From contig CAVZRV010000015.1 in assembly GCA_963777605.1 (NCBI GenBank), positions 128,001 through 192,000 of the forward strand: 64,000 bases of DNA, given 5' to 3'. This document shows positions 63,221 through 64,000 of this stretch, in pieces; within the stretch, counting starts at the first letter, position 1, and each line of letters starts with the position of its first letter. The DNA comes from an uncultured Acidobacteriota bacterium (GTDB lineage: Bacteria > Acidobacteriota > UBA6911 > RPQK01 > JAPXNP01). The translations under genes and the position numbers were made by a program. The notes below the pieces were generated by a model. It did no database searches. It was not told where the DNA came from and was given only the letters and a program-made list of their open reading frames with translations.

Positions 63221-64000
63221 TTGACTCACGATTGGAAGTCACAGTTGGGACGTTCCAGCCTGGCCGTGCCGCTGCTGCTGATCCTTGTCACGCTCTGTTT
63301 TCTGCCCGGCATCACCCCGAGCCTTTCAGGTGATGACTTCGTGCATGTCTACAGGAACCGGCAGCCGTTTCCCGCTGCATTCAGCGCATTCACGGCGCAG
63401 GACGGGCGCGAGTACCGGCCCCTGGTCCGGTTGTCACTGGCACTGGACAGCCAAATCTGGGGAGCCCGTTATCAGGGCTTTCACGTCACCAACCTGCTGC
63501 TTCATCTGGCTACGGTCCTTCTGGTCTACCAGCTCTCACGCAGGTTGTTGCCGGGAAGATTTCCTCCCCTGCTGGCAGCGGCGCTCTTCGCACTCCATCC
63601 CGTCCATTCCTATTCCGTAAACGGGATCATGGGCAGAACCGACCTGCTCTGTGCCCTCTTCCTTGTGTCGGCCACACTGGCATCCTTGCGTGGCGCCTGG
63701 GTTATTGCCCTGCTTTTGTTCCTGGCCGCCCTCTTGAGCAAGGAAGTTGCGCTGGCTTTTCCGCTGCTGCTCCTGTTATGGACTCCGTTTCGGGACAGTG
63801 ATCGCCGGCGAACGCTTCTCGCATCACTGGCCGGTTCGTTCATCCTCACGATCAGCTATCTCGCGGTCCGATTGACCCTGCTGGCCCCGTCGCATTCGGA
63901 TCTGGCGGTGTACCTCCAGTTCTCAGGCATCCAGGTCGTCAAGAACATCGTCTTCTACGGTGGTGCACTGTTGATCCCGGCGGGGCAGTTCGAGCTTCGG
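63221..64000 (+). CDS. GT-C-fold membrane glycosyltransferase (TMTC/PMT-like), truncated by the window end
   Basis: Open frame from TTG 63221: GDDF, YRPL, FHVTNLLLH, LFALHPVH, GRTDLL, LSKE. Confidence 0.75.
   Translation, partial: MTHDWKSQLGRSSLAVPLLLILVTLCFLPGITPSLSGDDFVHVYRNRQPFPAAFSAFTAQDGREYRPLVRLSLALDSQIWGARYQGFHVTNLLLHLATVLLVYQLSRRLLPGRFPPLLAAALFALHPVHSYSVNGIMGRTDLLCALFLVSATLASLRGAWVIALLLFLAALLSKEVALAFPLLLLLWTPFRDSDRRRTLLASLAGSFILTISYLAVRLTLLAPSHSDLAVYLQFSGIQVVKNIVFYGGALLIPAGQFELR

Overview
GC-rich bacterial chromosomal segment, probably Acidobacteriota (inferred from two copies of an 'IPFxFxVxxxxLPAGxY' secreted family and many Tat-exported sugar enzymes). It carries about 46 CDS, mainly for carbohydrate and acid-sugar catabolism, peptidases, redox proteins and a sigma54-controlled ABC exporter with a two-component system. 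I found no rRNA, tRNA, CRISPR array or intact transposase. The strongest unexplained signal is a ~620-nt structured RNA candidate on the minus strand (21200-21820) between two convergent genes. It has its own sigma70-like promoter, base-paired termini, a 3' U-tract and seven GNRA/cUUCGg-capped hairpins. Other notable items are a KdgT-PdxA2-LarA-DUF1537 operon suggesting a nickel-pincer tetronate 2-epimerase, a dispersed ~45-bp intergenic repeat, nested REPIN/MITE-like elements and heptamer arrays. Many genes have single-base frameshifts, often at homopolymers, which most likely reflect long-read assembly errors. All calls come from motif recognition by eye; no database searches were run.
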